From: an uncultured Pseudanabaenaceae cyanobacterium
GTDB taxonomy: Bacteria; Cyanobacteriota; Cyanobacteriia; PCC-9006; JAAUQQ01
Direction of reading: 5' to 3'
Length of the DNA: 64,000 bases
NCBI GenBank assembly: GCA_938021205.1
Contig: CALIGI010000001.1
Coordinates: 2,636-66,635, forward strand
Of the stretch, positions 8,003 to 16,380 are shown piece by piece. A model generated the notes under the pieces. That model saw nothing but the letters and a program-made list of their open reading frames with translations. It was not told where the DNA came from and did not search any database. Position 1 is the stretch's first letter, and each line of letters opens with the position of its first letter. Both the position numbers and the translations under genes were made by a program.

Positions 8003-9289
8003 CTAAGCCATCACTTTCACAGCAGGGCTAAAGAGCTTTTCCCGGACTGCGACCATGCCACTGACCAACTGCTCAATTTCTGCCTCGGTATGGAGGGCAT
8101 TGGCAGTAATGCGGAGGCGAGGTTTGGCAACAAACCAAATGGGAGACACCCACAGCTTGTATTCTTCCATCAGAGCCCGAGCAAAGCTCTTGGGATCTAG
8201 CTCCGGTGGCAAGATGACGGGAATCACATTGGTTTCGCCGATGGCCTCAAAGTCAGCCTTGGCTAACTGCGATCGCAGATAGCGCGTATTGTGCTGGAGC
8301 TTAGCTACCTGCTCGGGATATTGACGCACTTGGCGAATGCTCTCTAGGGCAGAGGCCGTGACGGGCGGTGGCAAAGAAATCGTGCCAATCGAGGTAGGAC
8401 AGATATCGAGCAGGTCGATGAGCTCACGGTTGGGGGCGCTAATGGCCGCCCCAGCGGACCCGGCAAACTTAGAGAAGGTGGTCATAATAATGGGCACTAG
8501 GCCCCGATCTACCACAGACTGAGGCGTAATATTAAAGTGCTCATAGATACCGCCACCCTTGGCTCCAATTGCACCACTGGCATGGGCTTCATCCATGACA
8601 ACGAGGCTGCCGGGATACCTCTCCATAATATCGAGCATCTCAGGTAGAGGCACAATGTCTCCATCCATGGAGAACACGGCATCTGAGATGACGATGATGC
8701 GATCGCCCGGTTTGGCATGACGCTCTAGTTTCTGAGCCAAGTTGGCCATGTCGCAGTGGCGATAGGCCTTGACCCGTACCTTGGGGCTGTGGCTAAACAT
8801 CTTGCCCGAGCGGTTGGTGGCATTAGTCACAGCCGAAATAATACAGCCATGATTCAGCACATCCGTGAGAATCAGGGTCTCTCGTTCATGGCAAAAGCCA
8901 GGAATAGGCATGGCCAGATGGCAGAAACCATCAACCAAAGCCTGCAACGCCATCCAAGCATTCATGAAGAGATGGGTGTGAGGCAGGTGTTTAAAAGCGG
9001 AGATCTCCTGCTCTAGTTGACGATGGAGATCAATACGACCACTGAGAACGGAACAAGAACTGTTGGAGGTTCCATATTGCTCAATCGAGGCGATCGCAGC
9101 TTGCTTAACCGCTGGATGTTGTGCCAAGCCCAAAACATCATTCGTACAAAATGTAAGTACATTATGATACTGACCCGTGGATGCCTCCTCAATTTCAAAT
9201 TGATTGCCATGCTTTTGATGGCAGATAAATTTGTCGGGATACAAGCCACTTGCATGCCATTGGCGCATGTAATCGTTAATGACGTCCAA
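8003..9289 (-). CDS. PLP-dependent alpha-oxoamine synthase family enzyme (BioF/Kbl/Spt/CqsA/CapB-like)
   Basis: Family motifs are NDVLGL, LNHGCIISA, SMDGD, DEAHASG and the PLP-lysine motif TFSKFAGSAG. The glycine-rich loop is atypical (GTSNSSCSVLSGR). The protein is 428 aa. Confidence 0.85.
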   Translation of the reverse strand: MDVINDYMRQWHASGLYPDKFICHQKHGNQFEIEEASTGQYHNVLTFCTNDVLGLAQHPAVKQAAIASIEQYGTSNSSCSVLSGRIDLHRQLEQEISAFKHLPHTHLFMNAWMALQALVDGFCHLAMPIPGFCHERETLILTDVLNHGCIISAVTNATNRSGKMFSHSPKVRVKAYRHCDMANLAQKLERHAKPGDRIIVISDAVFSMDGDIVPLPEMLDIMERYPGSLVVMDEAHASGAIGAKGGGIYEHFNITPQSVVDRGLVPIIMTTFSKFAGSAGAAISAPNRELIDLLDICPTSIGTISLPPPVTASALESIRQVRQYPEQVAKLQHNTRYLRSQLAKADFEAIGETNVIPVILPPELDPKSFARALMEEYKLWVSPIWFVAKPRLRITANALHTEAEIEQLVSGMVAVREKLFSPAVKVMA

Positions 9290-9746
9290 AATATTCTCCT
9301 TTCACGTATCTCGGGTAATCCTGACTCGACGGCTCAATTCTTAAATCTTACTTAACAGATGAACGCGCAGAACTAAGGTACCAGCTTGGTGCTATCAAAG
9401 CCCTATTGTGAGCAATGTCCATATTGCCTTATCCGCAGCGCACATTGGTTTTGCATCATTCAAGATTTAAAATGCAAAGCGGTGGTAAGGCTGAGAGAGA
9501 CGATTAGGAATGCCTTTCCCAAATCTCATTCGACTAACGCCCAATTCTAGAGCATTGCTGGGGGTGGGGGATAGCTTACCAAACGTTTCTGAAGCCTAGG
9601 AAAAGAAAAGCAGCTAAGGGACCTCTAAGGATTTAATCATCCTCTTTCAACCGATGAACCTTGCACTGCTGAGCCATATCTGATGAGTTCGCCAGAGCGA
9701 AGCTGCCCTCACCTTGGTTAGCCTGAATCAGGCCAACCAGCCTCTA

Positions 9747-9850
9747 GCCCCTAGCCCCTCTCCCTGGGGAGAGGGGAATATGAAAGGCTCTGAAACAGAC
9801 TGCTGGCTTCGGTTCCCCTTCTCTCTTGGGAGAAAGGGTTAGGGGATTCT
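9747..9850. repeat. MITE-like palindromic repeat family A, full copy
   Basis: ctagcccctagcccctctccctggggagagggg ... ggttccccttctctcttgggagaaagggttagggg. It has two internal hairpins and long-range inverted termini. It is about 85-90 percent identical to 47127-47235. Confidence 0.8.
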
Positions 9851-10056
9851 CCATCGAGAATGGAGTTGGGGTAAGCCTTATATTCATCGGTGACGTAGAA
9901 AAAGCACTTCCACGCACCGACAATTTCCCATAAAAGCTCGAAGGTCTGGGCACTATGATCTCCCACGACCCAAGCTAAGAGGCCAGGCTGGAACCTCGAC
10001 GAATTACCGTCCGCAATCGAGAAAAATGTGATTTTTTTTGCTTCGACTCTTCTCAT
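9851..10056 (-). pseudogene. IS1-like transposase fragment, truncated by the adjacent MITE
   Basis: LLAWVVGDHSAQTFELLWEIVGAWKCFFYVTDEYKAYPNSI resembles the central part of cyanobacterial IS1-family transposases. The N- and C-terminal parts are missing and the reading frame runs into MITE sequence. Confidence 0.45.
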
Positions 10057-10152
10057 TTTTACGGATATAGTGTGACTTGCATTCTGGGCAATTCATCGCT
10101 TTTTAACTCCTAAGTCATCCCTCAATGATGCAACGCCTTCTATTTCCTTAGT

Positions 10153-10370
10153 ATGAATTCATCAGCGAAGCGTGGGTCATCAGCGAAAGCTTATTCTCTT
10201 GATCTGCAACAGAAACTAGTCGAAGCGTATTCGCAAGATGGCATCTCCCTACGGAAGCTTGCTCAACAACTTGGAGTTGCGGCGCACTTCGTTCAAAAGC
10301 TACTGAAGCAAGCTCGCAAGACGGGTAGCCTCACTCCTAAGCTCCGAACTTCCCCAACGCCGACCAAGCT
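10153..10370 (+). pseudogene. IS630/Tc1-family transposase N-terminal HTH fragment
   Basis: [51 protein letters not shown] matches the typical IS630 N-terminus. There is no DDE domain, and the ORF tail runs antisense into the 3' end of the ATPase gene. Confidence 0.5.
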
Positions 10371-12619
10371 CGAAACTTTCGTAACCTTAGGGCATTGGTC
10401 ACCACTGACACCGAGCTAAAAGCCATTGCTCCTCCAGCAATCATGGGATTGAGCAATAGGCCAAACGCAGGGTAGAGAATTCCCGCTGCGACAGGAATTC
10501 CAATGATGTTGTAGATAAAAGCAAAAAAGAGGTTCTGGCGAATATTAGCGATCGTGGCCTTGCTGAGCTGGATGGCAGTGACGACGCCTTGGAGGTCGCC
10601 GGATATGAGAGTGATGTCGCTGGCAGCGATCGCCACATCGATCCCCGTCCCAATTGCTATACCCACATCAGCTTGAGCCAATGCTGGTGCATCGTTAATG
10701 TCATCTCCTACCATGGCAACCCGCTGACCCTGATCTTGCAGACGCTTAACCTGGGCCGCTTTTTCTGCGGGACGAACTTCGGCTAGGACGCGCTCAATGC
10801 CAACAGCCTTGGCGATCGCAGCAGCAGTCTGAGGGTTATCCCCCGTCAGCATCACCACCTCCAGCCCCATGTGCTGCAACTGTTGTACAGCCTGAACCGA
10901 GGAAGGCTTCAGGGTATCGGAAATACCGACTAAACCCTGTACATCGCCATTCACCGCAATCCAAGCCGTGGTCTTCACCTCAGATTCCCATTGCATGCGC
11001 TGTTGCTGCAGCATCTGAGTCTCGATGCCCAGACTCTGCATCCAGCGCTCCGTGCCAATTTGCACGAGTGAGGCCTGGCCTTGAACTATGACATGGCCTT
11101 CCACAGCTCGACCGGTGACCGCCTCAAAAGCGGTCACGCTGGGTAGCGCTTGGTGATTCACACCTTGGGCTTCGGCGTACTGCATAACAGCTTCGGCAAG
11201 GGGATGCTCAGAATTGTGTTCCACCGCAGCGACGAGGATGAGCAGATGGGTGCTAGCTCCTTCGAGGGTGAAGTAGTTCGTGACGGTTGGCCTGCCTTGG
11301 GTGAGAGCTACAGTTTTATCTACAACAATAGTTTGCAGCTTGTGGGCTTTTTCTAAACTGTCTGCCCCCTTAATCAAAATACCGTTCTCAGCTCCCTTGC
11401 CCGTGCCCACCATGATCGAGGTGGGAGTTGCCAAACCCAGGACACACGGACAGGCAATGATCAGCACGCCAACGGTGGTGAGTAAGGCCAGACTCATGTT
11501 GCCCGTAGCGTTGAACCAAATGACGAAGGTGAGCATAGCGATCGCCATTACCACCGGCACAAACCAACCCGTCACCTGGTCCGCCAGCTTCTGAATGGGG
11601 GCTGTGGAGCCCTGTGCATCTTGCACCAGCTGGACAATTTGGGCCAGCATTGTGTCTTTACCCACGCGGGAGGCTCTGAATTTGAACCGCCCCGTTTTAT
11701 TGATCGTCGCCCCAATCACCTCATCTCCCACCGTTTTTTTGACCGGTAGAGATTCCCCCGTAATCATCGACTCTTCCACGGTGGAACGACCCTCTACCAC
11801 CTCGCCATCCACGGGCACCTTTTCCCCCGGACGCACAATCACGACGTCACCCACTATCACCTGCTCCAGCGGCAGATCGATCTCCTGGCCATTCCGCACA
11901 ACCCTAGCGATCCTAGCCTGGAGCCCTATCAACTTGCGAATTGCATCGGAGGTTTGCCCCTTAGCACGCTCCTCAAAGTAACGACCTAGCAACAGCAGGG
12001 CAATAATAACCACCGCTGCTTCGTAATAAACATCCGGGGCGAGTCCCTGGGTGCGGAGCAGACCGGGGAAAACGGTCACAACCACTGAATAGAGATAGGC
12101 CGCTCCCGTCCCCAAAGCAATTAGCGTATTCATATTGGCAGCGCGGTGGCGCAAGGCCTTCCAAGCTCCCCCATAAAACGACTGACCACACCAAAACAAA
12201 ACGGGGGTTGCTAATACAAGTTGAAGCCAGGAATTGTGTAAGAACATTGGCCAGCCGGGGATGTCAATGCCCAGCATCATCGGCAATGTACCTAGCACTA
12301 GCAATATACCAACAGCACCGCTGATCATGACTTTTTTGAGCAGAGCTTGCTGGGTCAGGCGGCGATCGCGCTGTTCCTGGGCATCTACAGCCCCGCTATC
12401 CAGCTCGTTCAGCGGTTGGGCTTGGTAACCTGCATCCACAACCGCTTGCTGGATGGCTTCTACATTGGTGGCGCGATCGTTATATTCCACACTGGCCTGG
12501 GCTGCCGCAAAATTAACCTGGGCCAGGGTGACCCCCGGTACCTGCTGAATTGCAGACTGGACACCATTGGCACAAGAGGCACAGCTCATGCCCTTGAGTT
12601 TTAAGGTTGCTAAGGCCAT
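10337..12619 (-). CDS. Cu(I)-type P1B heavy-metal-translocating P-type ATPase with non-canonical phosphorylation and hinge motifs
   Basis: HMA domain GMSCASC, TGES, and the CPC in TM6. YN ([11 protein letters not shown]) and MxxSS ([10 protein letters not shown]) indicate the Cu(I) P1B-1 class. SEHPLA and MLTGDN are present. DKTGT reads DKTVALT, and GDGINDAP reads GDDINDAP. Confidence 0.9.
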   Translation of the reverse strand: MALATLKLKGMSCASCANGVQSAIQQVPGVTLAQVNFAAAQASVEYNDRATNVEAIQQAVVDAGYQAQPLNELDSGAVDAQEQRDRRLTQQALLKKVMISGAVGILLVLGTLPMMLGIDIPGWPMFLHNSWLQLVLATPVLFWCGQSFYGGAWKALRHRAANMNTLIALGTGAAYLYSVVVTVFPGLLRTQGLAPDVYYEAAVVIIALLLLGRYFEERAKGQTSDAIRKLIGLQARIARVVRNGQEIDLPLEQVIVGDVVIVRPGEKVPVDGEVVEGRSTVEESMITGESLPVKKTVGDEVIGATINKTGRFKFRASRVGKDTMLAQIVQLVQDAQGSTAPIQKLADQVTGWFVPVVMAIAMLTFVIWFNATGNMSLALLTTVGVLIIACPCVLGLATPTSIMVGTGKGAENGILIKGADSLEKAHKLQTIVVDKTVALTQGRPTVTNYFTLEGASTHLLILVAAVEHNSEHPLAEAVMQYAEAQGVNHQALPSVTAFEAVTGRAVEGHVIVQGQASLVQIGTERWMQSLGIETQMLQQQRMQWESEVKTTAWIAVNGDVQGLVGISDTLKPSSVQAVQQLQHMGLEVVMLTGDNPQTAAAIAKAVGIERVLAEVRPAEKAAQVKRLQDQGQRVAMVGDDINDAPALAQADVGIAIGTGIDVAIAASDITLISGDLQGVVTAIQLSKATIANIRQNLFFAFIYNIIGIPVAAGILYPAFGLLLNPMIAGGAMAFSSVSVVTNALRLRKFRAWSALGKFGA

Positions 12620-12680
12620 TGAGGCAACTCCCCGGCTGGAACGCTCTGGGTTGGCGATCGAGACTCTGTGATTAATACGA

Positions 12681-12712
12681 GAATTAACTCTCCAGTGAAC
12701 TAGAGAGTCAAG
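12681..12712 (-). promoter_or_regulatory. MerR-type metal-responsive promoter candidate for the ATPase gene
   Basis: The minus strand reads cTTGACT-CTCTAGTTCACTGGAGAGT-TAATTC, i.e. a -35 TTGACT, a 19-nt spacer and a -10-like hexamer. A 22-bp dyad ACTCTCTAGTTCACTGGAGAGT spans the spacer, as in the ZntR/PbrR/CueR operators. It lies about 62 nt upstream of the ATG at 12619. Confidence 0.5.
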
Positions 12713-12847
12713 CCAACCTGAGAGGAGCTTTAAAATTTGTGATATCTGAATTTAAGCTTGCTTATTCAAAATAGATACATAAATCTACAATTAAGCGAGT
12801 TTTAAATGAGAATGTACAGATCATCCGGAGGCTTCTCAAGTGAACAG

Positions 12848-12884
12848 CCTTGCACGATTCACTGGAAGCGTGAATCGTGCAAGG
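12848..12884. other. Perfect 15-bp inverted repeat (hairpin or operator) in a divergent intergenic region
   Basis: ccttgcacgattcac-tggaagc-gtgaatcgtgcaagg. No T tract follows on either strand. Confidence 0.7.
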
Positions 12885-13060
12885 GCAGTGAAGTAGCGGG
12901 TTTCAGCCCATAGTTTCGTCAATTCTCTCTTAAGAGAATAATGCCGAGTCCAGCATCACGAGAGTCTTAAACTTCTCCATTTAATAATTATTTACATCAA
13001 TCTACTTACAAAATATACCACTCATAGATAGATCAGTTTACAATCACATCGGTTTCGAAT

Positions 13061-13262
13061 TTCAAGGACTGCATTTCTTGTTAATCAGAATTTCTCGGCA
13101 TACAAGAAAAATCTGCCTCCCAACATTGGTAGATCTCTAAATGTCTGAGATGACAATTGCATTGATTTTGAGCTTCAAGGACTGTATTTCTTGTCAATCA
13201 TAATTTCTTGGATAAAAGAAAAATCTGCCTCCCAACATTGGTAGATCTCTAAATATCTGAGA
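13061..13262 (+). repeat. Tandem direct duplication (two ~90-bp units, 113-bp period) upstream of the RTX/PAP2 gene
   Basis: Unit 1 (13061-13150) and unit 2 (13174-13262) both read ttcaaggactg[c/t]atttcttgt.aatca.aatttct.gg.a.a.aagaaaaatctgcctcccaacattggtagatctctaaat.tctgaga at about 90 percent identity. A short aatcacat(c)ggttt motif also recurs at 13042 and 13274. Confidence 0.85.
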
Positions 13263-13309
13263 AAAATGTGTTGAAATCACATGGTTTTTCTAAGAGTTAG
13301 GACAGATTA

Positions 13310-15883
13310 ATGAGTAGGGCACTTGATTTGAGCTTGCTTTCACAAATTGGTGATGCAGATACTCGTATCCTCATCGGTAGTTCTGGTGATGATACCCTCG
13401 AGGGTAATTCTCGGGATAATTATATCTCTGGGAAAAGGGGAGATGACTTGCTTCTAGGAGATCTAGGAGACGACATTCTCAGTGGCGGCAGAGGTCATGA
13501 CACCCTTAGAGGCGGAGAAGGTGATGATTTTCTAAAGGGAGGTAGAGGTGATGACTTGCTTGAAGGCGGAGAAGACGATGACATTCTCAAAGGAGGTAGA
13601 GGTGATGACCTTCTCCGGGGGGGGCAAGGCAATGACCTCCTTCAGGGGGGCAGAGGCTACGATATTTTAGATGGAGGAGAGGGCATCAATGTCTATCGTG
13701 GGGGAAGGGGAGCCGACACTTTCGTGATTGGTGCTGACAATAGCTTCAATACCATTCAAGACTTCAAGCTGAATCAGGAAGACAGCTTAGCTTTGAATGG
13801 TGACTTGTCCGTAGATGACCTTTCATTTGTTGATTTTGATGGCGGGACAATCATTGAGGCTCAGACAGGAGGAGAGATTGCATTCCTCTCCAATGTCTCG
13901 GCTGACACCGTCCGTGACAATGTAGATACCATTTTCACCACTGTTGCAGCAGAAACACTATCCGTAACATTCGGTGACATTACCCTCCCAGAAACCATCG
14001 ATTTTGGTGCCGCTGGTTCTGTCACCCTTGAGGTGACCAACAGGCTGGGGCAAGCTTTTTCCGGCCCAGTCAACCTTGAGTTGTTCATCTCCACAGATGA
14101 CGATCGCGACTCTATCAGTGATGAACGCAATGATGGTCTACTTCGTCAACTCGCGGTGGATGTCAACCTAGCAGCTGGAGAAACGACCACAATTGAGGTT
14201 GACTACGAGAATATTTCCTCTGCGGTTGCTCCTGGCTCCTACTATCTCCTGGCCGGAGTTGAAGGGGGGCAACTCGCCAGTGAATTAGTGTCAGCAGAAA
14301 ATTCGAATTCGGTCTTAGCTTGGCATGCCACTGCACTCAACTCCGTTCAGGAATTTGGCGAAGATGATCCCAATGGGATTGGGATTCAACCAACAACAGG
14401 CTCCAGGGCACTGGGTATTGTCCAAACTGCGGTTTTCAATGCCGCGAATGCTTTTGATGGTGGCTACGAATCCTATCTCGGCTTTGACCCAGGTACACCG
14501 ACTGAGGGGGCTTCTGTCGATGCGGCAGTTGCAGGGGCAGCTATCACTGCGCTAGCAAGTGTCTTCCCAGCAAATGAGGCCTTTGCCAATCGACTAGTCA
14601 CCCAACTAGAACAGAGCTTGGACCTGAATCGAAATCAGGTCGAGAGTTTGTTCGCTGCTAGTGGCCTCGAAAGCATCCTCGGAGAAATCACGCCAGGAGA
14701 AGTGGTGCCATTTTTTGCATCACCCTTTCTGGGCAGCGCTCCTGATGTTCCGGTCGATGCTACAGCTGATGTCTCTGCTTCAATCTTGGATGGTTTCTTA
14801 CTAGGCATCAATGCAGCCAGCCAAATCATCGATGCTCGCGCTGATGATGGCTATGTTGATTTCTTCCAAGGACCAGATGATCCCGGTAGCTATGACCAGG
14901 CTGGAGTTTTCGAGGACTACACTTGGACACCTGAAATTCCACTCAGCCCGACAACTGGGGAACCGATCTTTGGTGACACTCCCTATGCTCGTAGCCCTGG
15001 CTGGGGAACGATCAGAACCTTCTCTGGCAATAGCGTTGAGAACTTCCTCAATGATGCTGGGATTGACCAGAACGGTGACGGAAACAACTTAGACGGCCGT
15101 CCCTTTGCCAATGCGATTGACCCGGTGGTCGGCAGCTTCCAGAGAAATCTATATGCCACTGAAATCGAGCAAGTGCGAACACTGGGAGGCCTGGAAAGCA
15201 CTGATCTAACCAATATCACTCGTTCTCAAGACCAGACGGATGTTGCTATTTTCTGGTCCTTTGACCGCCAAGATACCTTCCGCCCCTATGGTCATCTGCA
15301 CCAAATTGCTCAAGAAGCCGCATTCCGTCAGGGTGCTGATTTAATTGAGAGTGCTCGGATTTTAGGGCTAACTGGTATTGCATTAGCGGATGCAGGTATC
15401 ACAGCCTGGAATCAAAAGTACGCTGAGGCACAGCCACGTCCAGAGGATGTTATTTCTGGTGACAGTCAAGGCGTGGCGATCGCAGAAATTGATGGCCTGG
15501 ATCAGACCATTGCCGATCCAGACTGGCAACCCTTGCTGCTGGATCCTCCATTCCCTGATTATCTCTCAGGCCACTCCACGTTTGGTGGTGCATTTGGTGG
15601 CGTCTTAGATACGCTCTTCCCGGATGCGACCAATATTCAAGTGGTGTCCCAAGACATCATTCCAGGTAACGGTATTTTCGAAACCTCCAATGATGAGCTG
15701 TTCAATATCGACGACTTCAACCCCGTTCGCATTTTTGAGAGCTATGCCGAGATTGGAGCAGAAGATGCTGTCAGCCGCCTGTTTGCGGGTGTCCATGTCC
15801 TAGAATCTACCCAAGATTCTGTGATTGTCGGTTCTGACATTGGTCGGTTTGTAGCTAGCAATTTGCTGGCACCCGTTGTTTAG
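13310..15883 (+). CDS. Large multidomain protein: N-terminal RTX (hemolysin-type Ca-binding) repeats, a CARDB-like middle region, and a C-terminal PAP2 / vanadium-haloperoxidase-superfamily domain
   Basis: More than 8 nonapeptide repeats (GGRGDDLLEGGEDDDILKGGRGDDLLRGGQGNDLLQGGRGYDILDGGEG). PAP2/VHPO motifs are KYAEAQPRP, YLSGHSTFGGA and SRLFAGVHVLES. GSRALGIVQTAVFNAANAF is a helix typical of the VHPO-like N-domain. Confidence 0.8.
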   Translation: MSRALDLSLLSQIGDADTRILIGSSGDDTLEGNSRDNYISGKRGDDLLLGDLGDDILSGGRGHDTLRGGEGDDFLKGGRGDDLLEGGEDDDILKGGRGDDLLRGGQGNDLLQGGRGYDILDGGEGINVYRGGRGADTFVIGADNSFNTIQDFKLNQEDSLALNGDLSVDDLSFVDFDGGTIIEAQTGGEIAFLSNVSADTVRDNVDTIFTTVAAETLSVTFGDITLPETIDFGAAGSVTLEVTNRLGQAFSGPVNLELFISTDDDRDSISDERNDGLLRQLAVDVNLAAGETTTIEVDYENISSAVAPGSYYLLAGVEGGQLASELVSAENSNSVLAWHATALNSVQEFGEDDPNGIGIQPTTGSRALGIVQTAVFNAANAFDGGYESYLGFDPGTPTEGASVDAAVAGAAITALASVFPANEAFANRLVTQLEQSLDLNRNQVESLFAASGLESILGEITPGEVVPFFASPFLGSAPDVPVDATADVSASILDGFLLGINAASQIIDARADDGYVDFFQGPDDPGSYDQAGVFEDYTWTPEIPLSPTTGEPIFGDTPYARSPGWGTIRTFSGNSVENFLNDAGIDQNGDGNNLDGRPFANAIDPVVGSFQRNLYATEIEQVRTLGGLESTDLTNITRSQDQTDVAIFWSFDRQDTFRPYGHLHQIAQEAAFRQGADLIESARILGLTGIALADAGITAWNQKYAEAQPRPEDVISGDSQGVAIAEIDGLDQTIADPDWQPLLLDPPFPDYLSGHSTFGGAFGGVLDTLFPDATNIQVVSQDIIPGNGIFETSNDELFNIDDFNPVRIFESYAEIGAEDAVSRLFAGVHVLESTQDSVIVGSDIGRFVASNLLAPVV

Positions 15884-15900
15884 GAGCAAGGCTTAAGTTA

Positions 15901-16000
15901 GACCTTCCCCCTTTGCCTTCGGCAAGCTCAGGCACTGCAAGGGGGATTTGAGGGGGATCAGCGATTTGGCTTGCCTCGGCTCGATCCCCCCAGCCCCTTT
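15901..16000. repeat. MITE-like repeat family B
   Basis: gaccttccccctttgccttcggcaagctcaggcactgcaagggggatttgagggggatc is about 85 percent identical to the reverse complement of 54846-54897. It is followed by the complementary gatcccccc. Confidence 0.75.
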
Positions 16001-16380
16001 GAAAAGAGCAGGGTTAATGACTGGAAAAAGTAGCTTTTCCCAGTCATTAACCCTACATCTTCCGAGGAGATAAAGCGCTGATTAACTGATTAACTAACAC
16101 ATCTTAGGGGTGTTGAAGCCTAAAAAAGGGATTAAGAATAGATTTCATCAAGCCTCTGCAATCCGTGGGTACTTGACCCAGCTGGAAATCTCCAGTAACC
16201 CAGATTGGTGCGTGTAATCCTTGGCTTTAAGGATTATAGCGGTTTGACTCTGGGATTCGAATTCTCCTGGGAGTGAAACACCCAGTGTTTCGAAAGACGC
16301 CGGGTGTTTTGCTTAGGGAATTCCCAGAATTAAAACATCCAACCTCAGTTTAATAGCGCTTGGACTAACTCTCCGAACCA

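Noticed and set aside
9680-9703. Hammerhead-ribozyme-like string CTGATGAG-ttcgc-caga-gcgaa.
   Set aside because: After the putative stem II the sequence is GCTG rather than the required GAAA core. No stems I or III with a cleavage triplet could be built. It is probably a chance match.
13141-13203. 20-codon ORF (MSEMTIALILSFKDCISCQS) spanning the junction of the tandem repeats. Both repeat units encode ...FKDCISC in one frame, which is superficially like a RiPP precursor.
   Set aside because: Only one copy has an ATG, there is no ribosome-binding site, and no modifying-enzyme genes are nearby. It is most likely a coincidence of the duplicated sequence.
16250-16275. tRNA T-loop-like sequence GGGATTCGAATTCTCC. 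Other TTCGAAT strings occur at about 13054 and 61186.
   Set aside because: The flanking bases do not form a 5-bp T stem, and no acceptor or anticodon arms could be folded. I found no tRNA gene in the window.
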